Below are positions 26,401 through 38,400 of a stretch of 64,000 nucleotides of DNA, in pieces (the stretch's first letter is position 1; each line of letters starts with the position of its first letter). Both the position numbers and the translations under genes were made by a program. The stretch spans positions 1 through 64,000 of the forward strand of contig JAQGDQ010000337.1 in the NCBI GenBank assembly GCA_030141605.1. The letters run 5' to 3'. Under the pieces are notes generated by a model, which made no database searches, had not been told where the DNA came from, and saw nothing but the letters and a program-made list of their open reading frames with translations. Source of the DNA: Tubiluchus corallicola (taxonomy: Eukaryota; Animalia; Priapulida).

Positions 26401-29400
26401 TAAAATCTGAGCTAGTTGAATGTTTTGAATTTTCATTTTACTGTAAACAGTGAATTTTAGTTTTTTTTTGTAGCTTGCTTGTTTATTTGTGGGTTCCAGA
26501 ATCTGACAATTTAAGTTTAAATAATTTTGACTGCTTAGAAAAGTGAAAACAAAGAAAAATAACAGAATGTATTGAATTGTTTTCTGAGCACGAAAATGAG
26601 ATTTTTGTTTGTCACACATTCAAAGTATAAAGGTGCTTAATCCTGGTTCCTATTTGTTAGTTATTCATAGTTTGGCAGTATTTCAGTACTTTTAAGGTAG
26701 CATATTTTCCTAGTAACTGTTTGTGGTGTGCTACATTATAATGTAATTTTTGTCTGAAATGATGTGCTTAAATAATTTTATGAAAACATTTCATTCAAAC
26801 TGTTATCTGTCACACTGCAGCTGAAGAGAGTGGTCCGTGTTACGGAAGTTATCGCTACCCTTTCACCTGTGATCCGCAGAATTACACCTGTGATTATTAT
26901 GCCTCGTGGCAGTACAGCCACGTGACAGATGATGTGCAATTTACTCTTAGAATTCGTAATCTGGGAGAAAGGTGGACTGGGATTGGCTATTCAAGAGATA
27001 GATTCATGGTAACCCTAACTTACTTGTTATCAAATTTAAATTCATATTTATTGTGAGGTTAATGTCTTTTCGTAAATTTGAGTTTATTATATTGAATCAA
27101 GTTTTAATCTTTGCTGACTTGTTTAAAACTGTAGTTTAGTTTCTTTAGTGACTTTAGTTTCTAAATGTGCATTTCACAAAACGCTTGCGCTGGAGGCATG
27201 AAACTGTGCTCTGCTAGTACGTGGTTTGAGTGGTTTTTGATGTAGATAAATTTGATGGAACCCACCTTTTCTTTCGAAATTTGACTAGACCAAATGTTTT
27301 TTTTGGGGGGGGGGATTATTTTCCATCTATTTCTGTGATTATCGATTATGCAATTGTTGTTTTTATGCTGTCTGTACAAGCATTCGAGTTTTGGTTTTAA
27401 AACAGTTGGTTTCTTCTTCTTCAATGAATCACTCGTCCAGGGACATGATTCTGCTCACCTCTCTATGCCAGGACTCCCTACATGCTGCAATGCCCCAAGT
27501 GGATTTATTTCTAAGGATCACTGCTGAAGTGTTTAAATCTTTCTGTGCAAAACCTAAGTTGGTATTGAGCAGTGGCAAGATTTATCTAAGAGTAATTAAA
27601 CAAACTCTTCATCCAAGAATTGAAAAATGTTCTCACTGGGTTAGGCTCTGGGTGTCTGTTTTGTCTATCATCTTTGTCTTTTCTCCTATGGGTTCAGATT
27701 CTATTTGACTCAAGATGCCCTTTGGTCAGTGGTCAAGGTTGTAAGCATTTATGCGGAACAAAAGTATGTAATATGTCTTTATGTTTTTAAAGCTGTTAAA
27801 TTTATTCTTATTATTCTGATGTATGTTATTGTAACGTACTTAAATTACTTATTTAATTTACTTACTTAAGATTGTCTATTTTAATTTTACTAACTGCATG
27901 GGCCATTATGGAAACATTGTTCACATGCAATTTTAATGTATCCATGTGAAAAATCAATGGGCCATTATGGAAACATTGTTTACATGCAATTTTATAATGT
28001 ATCCATGTGAAAAATCAATGGGCCATTATGGAAACATTGTTTACATGCAGTTTTAATGTATCCATGTGAAAAATCAATTTGTGTCTATCTATCCGTATTA
28101 TATATTTATTTGCAGAATTACAGCGATGCAGTGATAGCTTGGATTACTGAAGAAGACTTAGTGAGGATTGTTGACAGGTAGAGTTTTATAATTATCGTCT
28201 AACATAAACAGGCGACATATTCAGGGCCTGTATCAGCCTAAGCGAGGCCCGGGGAAGTGGGGGGTGTGAGGTCCCCTGAGGGGGAAGCGCCGGGGAGCGA
28301 GTACCACTTGGTTGGCGCCCAGAAAATTTTTGAACTGCTAGAATGCCGGAGAAGCGTTTTCGAAGAGAAAATATGGAGTATTACGGTTGTTAAAGGAAAG
28401 AACAATTGAAAGAAAAACTGCTTTGTCCTCAAGACCAGTCCTTAATACTTGTGAAATAGTCAAATCAAAAACAACATCTTTGCAATATGTAATACCGTAC
28501 TCTCACTTCCGTACAAGCCTGTGTTACAAATTCCAAAATTGAAAACAGCTGAACATCGGCACCGAGCCGAACAATGCAAATGGCGCTCGTGCGGCAAGAG
28601 AGAGAGACGAGGCAGTATGTTCCCATAAAGCAAAAAAAGTTACCTCGGCGCAAGGCCCCCCTGGAGGGTGAGGTCCCGGGGAAGTATCCCCACTCCCCCC
28701 CTTGAAATAGGGCCTGGACACATTGTTTTTAAGTATTATACATGGACGTCACTGTTCAAATGGGCAACAGCTTTTTGTTTCAATTGTTGATAATCAATTT
28801 GGAAAATAAATTTGCTTTATTAAGAGAATTATTATAAGAAAGTTTTTGGGGACCTAAGCACTAGTCAGCATTCTAGTTTTAAATGACAGGGAACATTGTA
28901 GTAATGCTCAAAATGCATTTTGGTTACTTGATGCATCTCTGCGGTTATGTTATTATTAATTTATTTATATTAGTCATTCATTTTTGCACTTACTGCGAAG
29001 TGTTACGCTCATCTGATATTTGTAGCTGTAGCTGCTTTAGCTAAATGAGTTTATAAATAAGGACACTAACTAACTTGCATAAATTACAGTTTGTATGTAT
29101 GTATTGTCTTGTGTTTTGGTTTTGGTGCAGCACAGTTCTGAGCCACCCAATGATCAACTGTTAACTGTAGCGATTATTACACTGACTGAAGTGAAACTGT
29201 ACTGGCATGCAGACGCGTAAATGTAGCTAAGTTGCCTCATGGTCACAGTATGTATATGTCCTAATAAGTTGAGCACTACTGAGCCTGGTTGTCTATGGCC
29301 ATATCACGTTGAAAACACCGGTTCTAGTCTGATCACCAAAGTTAAGCAACGTAGAGCCTGGTTAGTACTTGGATGGGTGACCGCCTAGGAATGCCAGGTG

Positions 29401-32400
29401 CTGTATGCTTGCGGGATGCCCACACTGTATCTCGACCCAAGGCGGAGGAGCTGCACAAGCAGCCAACGGCTAGAAGGCAGAGGAGGTCAAGTGACCCAAC
29501 GGCCATGTGTAGAGGAGTAAACCTTCCAAATCAGGAGTGGAGCCCCAAAGGTGGACCAGTGCAACATGCTCACTGACTCCGGCAGCTCCTGCAGCCAACC
29601 TGGTGCCAAACGTATTGCTCCGCTTTCCTTTGGGCTACACCAGGGAGGAAGAGAGGGGGTTTCTGTTGTCTGGGCAACTCAGGATTTCCATACACCTTGT
29701 CCAGGCGTGCGCACTGCCACAGTCGACGCTGCAGCTCCATGATCAATAACTGACTCTCTTGGCGCACACTCCATTGTCTTCCGAGACAGAAGGATGCCAA
29801 CAACAACTGAGCCTGCCAAATGAATGGGTAGTTATTGCTGAGAAAACTACTTGTGTGAGGTTATGTCTGCCGTACAGCCGTCAGCTGTTTCCATAATTGA
29901 AATGTATTCAAATGTGGCTATAATATTACTGGCACTTCAATATCTTACAGTTTCATCTTAGAAGCAATTAGATGCAGCAATTTACATAAATTAAGTCTGT
30001 CATTGAGTATTGGATCGCAGCTTTCAGGTTTTCCAAACTTTATAAAAGAAAAAATTAACTAACACTTTACATCTTACATATGCTTAATTGTTTCTATTTT
30101 CAGTCATATAGTAAATAATGATATCATCTTTGATGAAAGCGAGGATATATACAATATCACACGGTCTACTTATCGTAACGTCACAACGTTTACGTTTGCC
30201 CGCAAGATGGTCACTCATAACCAAGACGAGGATCAGCCATTTCGTAAAGATGGGGTATACATGTTTTACCCCGTTTCTGGTTAGTAAAAATTTTTCAGTT
30301 GTTTTTATGCTTGTTGTAACCGTGTGATTTCGGCCAGTCTGAGTAAGTTGAAAGCTGCATCTATTGAAACTTTTTTGAAAGTTTTGAAACGTCAAGCAGC
30401 AACAAGTAACAGTGTGACGCAAAAAACAAATATATAAAAAAATTTTCTTTGAAACTTTCCAAGATTAGATTATATTCTTTGATCGTGCAAGCAGGCACAT
30501 ACTCCAATTGGGCAATTTTTGCATAAAAATGAACTAGTAACTTCGCATCAGTTTTCGTTAAAAAGAGCCTGCCAAACTCACAGCCACGAATAGCAGAAGA
30601 AGGCAATTTTTCTTTACTAAAATTACAACTTGTCCTATTGTAATACAAAAGAAGTTTTTTCACCTCATCTTGAGTTTCCATGTTGTATTTACATGTTTTG
30701 CCTGCTTCTTTTCCTTAGATTTTAGACAAATTCCTCAGAAATTTGCTTCAAGGTAATAAGTGCGCACATTAAACATTGCTCATGTTTCTGATTCTGATTC
30801 TATTGTGTGCTGTGGCTTGTTATTTCCACTTCTGTTCTATCATCATCATCATCATCATAATCATCATCATCATTATCATCATCATCATCATAATCATAAT
30901 CATCATCGTCATCATCATCATCATCATCATCAACAACAACAACATCATCATCATCGTCATCATTATCATCATCTTCATCATCATCATCATCATCATCATC
31001 AACAACAACAACATCATCATCATCATCATCATCATGATTATTATTATTATTATATGTATCATATTATTATTATTATTATTATTATCAAAAAAAGAGCAAA
31101 AAGAAAACTAGTTACATTCTTGTAAATATTAATATGAGTTCTTTACATATTGAATATTTGAAAAATGATTTTGATAGAATTTAGAATTTATTATTGGCAT
31201 TTACATTATACTTTAATGACATAGATACAACATACTTTAATGACATACGTACAACAACAAAATACAAAAGTACAAAACAAAGCTACTACATTATAGCTAT
31301 AGAGTCAAAAAACACACACAAACAAATAACAAATTTACATAATTTTAGCATAGATACAGTTAGTTTGGTATGCAAGAGCATCTGGAAATGTGATCTGACG
31401 AAATTTTTGTTTCACATTTATTGATCCTATTTGTGATGCCGGAAGAAATCATGTAAGCAAAAGTGGAATTTAACAATAGAACGTCTTTTTGCTTTTTTCG
31501 ACAGGTGGAGGATTTGTAAATAAAGAAATAGGAAAGATAGGTAAACACTACCTGCCACCTGAAATCTCGTTAGACAAGGTGTGCATTGGACCTTGTGCAG
31601 GTGATGATTTAAGTTCATCTTAATCCATTTTTAAATCAATAAAATTTACTTAACATAAATTGTTGTGTGTTCTTGTGAAGATTGTAACTATATAGAATCT
31701 TTTTGCTGAAAGTTTAATGAAATATTGTGTTTTTGTATTATTTATTCTGTCTCTTTTGCAACATTTCGATTTATTGTATCATTTTTCAGATTTTTCTTAT
31801 TTTTTTGTACCCTCACCTATGCAGAACTGCGTACGAGTCTTTTTAATTAAGATACTGAAAAAAATCAAGGTTACATTTTTTGTGCTAACTATAAGTTGTT
31901 GTTGTTGTTGTTGTCGTTGCTGTTGTTGGCATTGCTGTTGTTCCTTTCCTGCCTTGCTGTGTTGCTCAAATATGCAATTTTCAGTATGAATATGCAAGTT
32001 GTGTACAGCTTAACACACCACAAACACTTGCTGCCGCAAGGATTACTATATACGTAAATCTTGTAACTTACTTATGTAATAATGCATTGTCCAGGATATA
32101 GTAGAGGAACAATCTTAATGTGGCATAATATTTTCGATGCAACAAAGATTCGGAGATTTAAAAGTTGTTTTAGATTGCTTGAGTGGCATGAAAAGAATCT
32201 AACTTGGGTTACCCTCTTCAAAATGTCAGGAATTTTGATAGGGAGAGGGGCAAAAGGTTACAGAACATTAAGAAAATTCCTCTACTAATAAGAACCACTT
32301 GACAAGGTTTTGATGTGTACGCGTCAACAAAAAAAATAACAAATTTAAATGGCATGCATGGTAAGTCTACGACAAAAACCAAGTAAGAAAAACAACTACT

Positions 32401-35400
32401 ATTTCGCTTTGTGCTATTTTTTTAATTCTTAATTAATATTATTTAGCTTTTTATATATTTAGGTGGCAGAGATCCTCCGAAGAGCCCTGATGACGGAGTT
32501 GTCCCGATCGGGGATGCACAACATAAGAAGATAACTCGACCGAATCTCGTGTGCCAGGGTACAATGTACTACCCTAGTGGCTGTAGACGGAAACAAACCG
32601 ACAACTGCGAGTATGTTATGAAGTGGAAATACAGTACGTCAATGTTAAATATCACATTTAATGTTACGACCAAGCAGAAAGACAAATGGACGGGCGTTGG
32701 TTTTTCAAACGACAAGAATATGGTAAGCGAACCTGTAAATGGCGTTCATAACATTTGAATCATAACCTGTAGATGGCGTTCATAACATTTGAATCGTAAC
32801 CTGTAGATGGCGTTCATAACATTTGAATCGTAACCTGTAGATGGCGTTCATAACATTTGAATCGTAACCTGTAGATGGCGTTCATAACATTTGAATTGTA
32901 ACCTGTAGATGGCGTTCATAACATTTGAATCGTAACCTGTAGATGGCGCTCATGACATTTGAATTGTAAGGCAGAATGAAGACACTGAAGCACGTTAAGT
33001 TCGGGAATTAGTATCAAAATTAAGGACAGACGTTTTGTTTGCTTTATTTGGTCTTTATTTGTGTGTTTACATAGCAAAATCGTCCATAAGTTGGCAATCA
33101 AGATTTTCTAGCTATTCACATATTCTGAATCTGCGTTTCTGAGGATCATTTTGATACCAAGTTCATCACTTTATGTTATTTCTAAGCTGAGATAATCCAC
33201 GTTGAAGATGACGCTACGCACTGAAAAACATAATCTTGAGAAAATCGCTGTTAAAATTAGCCATTGTTTTTTGTTGCGTTTCTACAAAACGCTTAGCAAC
33301 CACACACATGTTAGTTGCTACGGACTTGTACAAGAGCACATTTAAGTTATGTTTAAATCCAGTAGATGGCTCATCCTGGTGAAGAGAGCTGGGCTTGGCA
33401 ACAGAAAAAACCGGAAACAAAATGACAGCTTCCACAAGCTATTATCGGAGTTTAAAAATAGGAGTTTTTTACGATTGCAGTTTCTAGACAGAAAAGTGGA
33501 TAAGGAGTTGTAAAATTAAATTTCTTGTGTTTTTAGAACACTTTCTTGATAATTTGATGCTAGAATATAAAAGTCCAATATATTTAGGTGTTGGTTTTTA
33601 TGAAATACCCAAAATTGGCATTTGACCAAATTTTTGGCACATTCACTTTGAAGCATCATAATGAGCTTTATTTATGCCGACTTTATGGTTGGTTTTGGTG
33701 TGCAAGCACACATTTAGTCAATTACAAATTCTCTGTATTAGCAAGAATAAGCGGAGATTGCAATTTTAGTCAGATCATGTGCTATAAAGTTAAGGAGAGA
33801 GCGCTTTTTACCTTTTTTAAACAAAGACAAGTGTGAGAGACAAGTTTTTAGTAAAAGTGAAGAAACGTAGTATTTTTGCAGTTTTCTTTCGCGCCATTCG
33901 TGATTTCATGTAACGTTTATTTAAATTATGTAACACTTATTTAAAAATATATGAGGTAACGTTATTTAAATTGGGTTGCTATAACAGTTACAAAAGAATC
34001 CTGTTTGTCATGAAATTCTTCCTCTAAACAATGTCTTGTTTTGTCTAAGCACTCATGATTCAAAACAGAAATGATTCTAGGTTATATTTAGACAACTGTG
34101 TGTTTCATACAAATTAGTAAAAGAATCATATCTTGTGTTTCGTTATGGAGGTGGTAATTCCCTTTATTTTGTTTTTCTGTGTTACTGATGTTGTATTTAA
34201 TCTTCTGCAGATTGAAAGTGATGCTATAATTGGCTATGCCTACGATGATGATGATGGCATCACTCACTTTAATATTACAAACAGGTACTGTGGCCAATTT
34301 GTTTTTTTTATTATCCATTCGTTCCGCTTCGCGTATGTCGCTTACCAGATTTCGTCTGCAATCACATCGTCTCTGTGTGGAAACGGCGGTGAAGAAGTGA
34401 AGAGTGTCACACTAGGTTGTGTACATGTGGCCAAGGCAGTGAAGTAGTGAAGAGTGTCACACTAGGTTGTGTACATGCGGCCAAGGCAGTGAAGTAGTGA
34501 AGAGTGTCACACTAGGTTGTGTACATGTGGCCAAGGCAGTGAAGTAGTGAAGAGTGTCACACTAGGTTGTGTACATGTGGCCAAGGCAGTGAAGTAGTGA
34601 AGAGTGTCACACTAGGTTGTGTACATGTGGCCAAGACATTCACACTGAACTTGCACGTATTACAAAATTGTCCGATAGATAGTTATACTTACATTAACTT
34701 TCATGATGTAAATTCATTTTTTTAAACTAATGAATCTCATAAAAATTGTGCCAGAATATTAACTGAATATGATTAAGATTAATGTTGCAATCACTTTGTT
34801 GTTTTAATTAAGAAGGTTGAATGACGTGTAGTATTTTGTCATGGACAAAGTAGAAAATTAAAATGTTTACCCCATTTGTTGTAAATAAAAATATTTTTTG
34901 TCAATAAAACTACATCAACATACATATACATGTCTTAGTAACTTTACTTAAAATTAAATTTTAAATTTCAGTTTTGGCACTAAAAGTGAAATTTTCTAAA
35001 ATTTCTTGCACAGAACTATTTTTCTTGCACAGCTGGTATATTGTTCGACAGTTTTAACTGGTTTTTAAGCGGGCAAAAACAATGAGTTAAAATACTTTAG
35101 CAGTTAAAAATAGTTAGTAAGTTTAATGGGTTGGCGAATTTTTATTGCCACTTACCAACAAAGTAACTCTTGTTTCATACCTTGTGGCAGGTATATCAGG
35201 AATGAACATTAGTTACTTAAACTTATTTACACATTTATTATAAAGTTTTATAAATATTACAAATTAAAATGTTTGAAATCCGATGCAGGTGGATCAGCAA
35301 TAAAACTCAGTCTCCATCAATTGATGCGAATCAGTCGACTATTTACGATGTTGGTGGCAGTCGAAATGACAAGTTTTTGCGAATTTGGGTGAGTGAATGT

Positions 35401-38400
35401 TTTCCTCAGCTACAAAGACTCCAATTTTATTTTTTTAATGTTTATTTACTATAATGTCATAAAATTCATGCTAATGAAAAAAGAAAAGAGTCATTAAGCT
35501 TGAAAAGTTATTTGGTGGACCTACATAGAACTATAACTGTGCAGGAAAAAATTTTGGAAAAATGAGAAATCTAGAGTAGGTTGTAATAGGCACAAATAGG
35601 TAATTCAGAGATATTTACAGTGTAGAAAGCATTATTGTTTATTGAAACTGTAAATCCAGTGCTGGTAAATATAGTCAACACTCACCAATCAAGTTTGCAA
35701 ACAACACAGAAAACAGCTTTCTTATCTATGCTGCTAAGTGACTATAATATTTTTAGTTTACAAGAGATCTAGATTCCGGTTCCGAGGATGACTTGCCGTT
35801 TGGGGAGGACTATTGCTATTACGTCTTCATCCCTTACGAAGGAGGTTCTTTCAACAAGGAAACGGGTGAAATTCGTAAGCACAAGAGGAAGCCAATTCCA
35901 ACAGCAGAGAAAGTGTGCTTCACTACCTGCCCTGGTGAGTTGGTGACATGAATTAAGACTGTTTATTTTATTAATGACCAAATTTATTTTCTTTCTACTA
36001 ACAATGAAACCTGCTTTGTAAATTGTGGAAGGAAGGCAGTCAAAGATTGAGTGATGGTGTTTGCTGTTTTTCTATTTCACATTTGGTATTTAATTGGTGT
36101 TTGAAACTAAGTAACTCACTTGATCTTTAGAGCAGCATATTTTGGAAATTACTAATTGTGCTTGCTTATGAGTATACTCTCTAGTTATTTCTTGTAGCAT
36201 TTGCAAACTTTTTTTCTGATTACTTACTTTACTGCACAATTTAATCTAATGTCTTCTATCACACAATAGTGTTTCTCTAGCTATCTTTACTTGTCGCTTT
36301 GTCTGTAGTTTCAATGTTTGTTTTTTCGTATTCGTTTCCCTTCATATCCGAGGAACTTTACACACGTATACTGACTTCTTAGGCACCCCACTTACACACT
36401 TGATTTTTAAGACTTTAATATTGTTATACATTGTTGTTACATGTACGTAATATGTGGATCTAATAAAACTGTAAAACTGTAGCATGTTACAACTGGAAAA
36501 CTAAAACTGACGTAGTAATATGTTTGCAAACTGACATTTCTTTTATAGTTTAGACTAAAATATGGTTGTTTCTATTTATAGAAATGTTAAACGAAAATAA
36601 AGTATGCTCTAAAATATTAAATATTGCAACAGTTTTTTAAAATCAAAATTAGATTAAAAATAATTTCGGATAGTCCAATATTGTTAAACTTTCAAAGCTA
36701 TTCCCGGCTCGGCAAATCTACTAAGACTGGCAGGGGCGCTTTTTTGTCACATTCGCTTAGCTGACAAATAGGTGCGGTACCATGATAAACATGATCATGA
36801 ACTGCATTGTTCGTCTGTGACGTGCAGCTCATTTTCGTGACCTCACATCAGCGTCTTGTAGCAATCTTCGCTTAAGTAAATGTGCTCGACTGTGCAGAGA
36901 AGATGCCTACTATTGTACAAACTGTGGTTAGTTTGTGATGCAAGCGATAGCTGTGTTCTCGGTTGCCTTTAATTAACTTTCCAAGTTAATTATTCAAATA
37001 TTAGCAATAATTGCTAACTTTTATAGGCAAGAAAATTTATATTTTGGACAGTAAATTAAAATGAGATTGAGTCTAATCAATAGTCCGGTTTTCTTTAAAT
37101 TAATGCCGTAAAGTGCTTGTAATTCTATTTTATGATTGTAGAGGACACTACTACCACTACCATATTGCCGATCAGCACGACTACAGTTTTTGAACCTACA
37201 AGTGCTGCCCCCACTGCACCTTCAACAACGTGGCCTACGGATGCGCAGTACGACGTTGGATTTAAGTTAGACCAAGCGTGGGATGAGTCGTTAGCAGACG
37301 AAACCAGTCAGGTTTTCAAGAGTTTAAAGAAAGAAGTTGAACAGACTGTGAGTTGTGTGGTTTAAACTTATGGTATTTATTCGAGTATAACGCGCACACG
37401 TGTGTAGCGCGCACCCCTAATTTTCGATTAAAAATTGGTATAAAATTTTGTTTCAGTTTTTCTCGGCTGAGACCAACGCATTGTAAGTGACAAACTTTGT
37501 TGAACACGTGCGGCCATGATAAAAATCATTTATTGACAACGTAAAGTATACTATGAACACCCCGAAAAAAGACTTTTTTCTGAGTCTGAGTCCCACAGCA
37601 GGTCGGCATATATTATTGATTATTTCCTTAGCTACGCCTCGCCTCTGCAGTGAGTGTTGCGCATGAGCCATTGAGAATTATTAATCGTCCATGCAAGTGC
37701 TTTGGATACTGTTACTAAAAATAGACCATAGGCGTTTTGTGGGTCAGCGATATCTTCGACTAATGAGTCATTGCACAAATAATATATTGATACATCTAAG
37801 TGTGTCACCCCAGCTCTCGTTTATAACGCGCACCCAAACTTTGTTTTCTTTTTTAGGTAGAAAATTTTGCGCGTTGTACTCGAATAAATACGGTATGTGG
37901 TTTTATTGCATGTGAATTGTAAAACTAAAGTGTGAAATTATACTGACTACATGAATTCGAGCAAATTGCTTATAACTGAAAATTGAAAAGCCGAGACTTC
38001 ACGGAGTTTAAGTGAAACATTAATACTTTGCTAAGGTTGAAAAATTTTTCATACTCTCTCATAACTCCTTTGCTAAAAATAATTTGTTTGCCAAGTGACT
38101 TGCTTAAAATGTTTCATTGATTTTCTGAAACAGAACAACAGCAGGTGATCTGTATAGATTTGGAGATGTTCATTGGTCAGAAAGTAAACGTAACATAACC
38201 ATATTTGGCTTGTGAACTTTCTTCACAAGATAAAGTTTTTTCTGCCCGAATGCAATCAATGTCTCCACTAATCAATTTGAAGATGGCAATTGCTTACTTG
38301 GTCATTGTTCTGTTCTGTTGCAAGCTTAGGTATTTTGCAATGTTGTGCAGAATTGTAGATACTTTTTGTTTGTTGTAGGTTGTATAGCAAAATGTCTTGT

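Noticed and set aside
29291-29410. Functional 5S rRNA gene
   Set aside because: Single copy, no T-run terminator, CpG-type decay, embedded in a TSD-flanked element.
29373-29806. Several overlapping 60-80 aa ORFs
   Set aside because: They lie within the GC-richer SINE body; no recognisable protein motif.
30760-31125. Poly-His, poly-Ile and poly-Met ORFs
   Set aside because: (CAT)n microsatellite.
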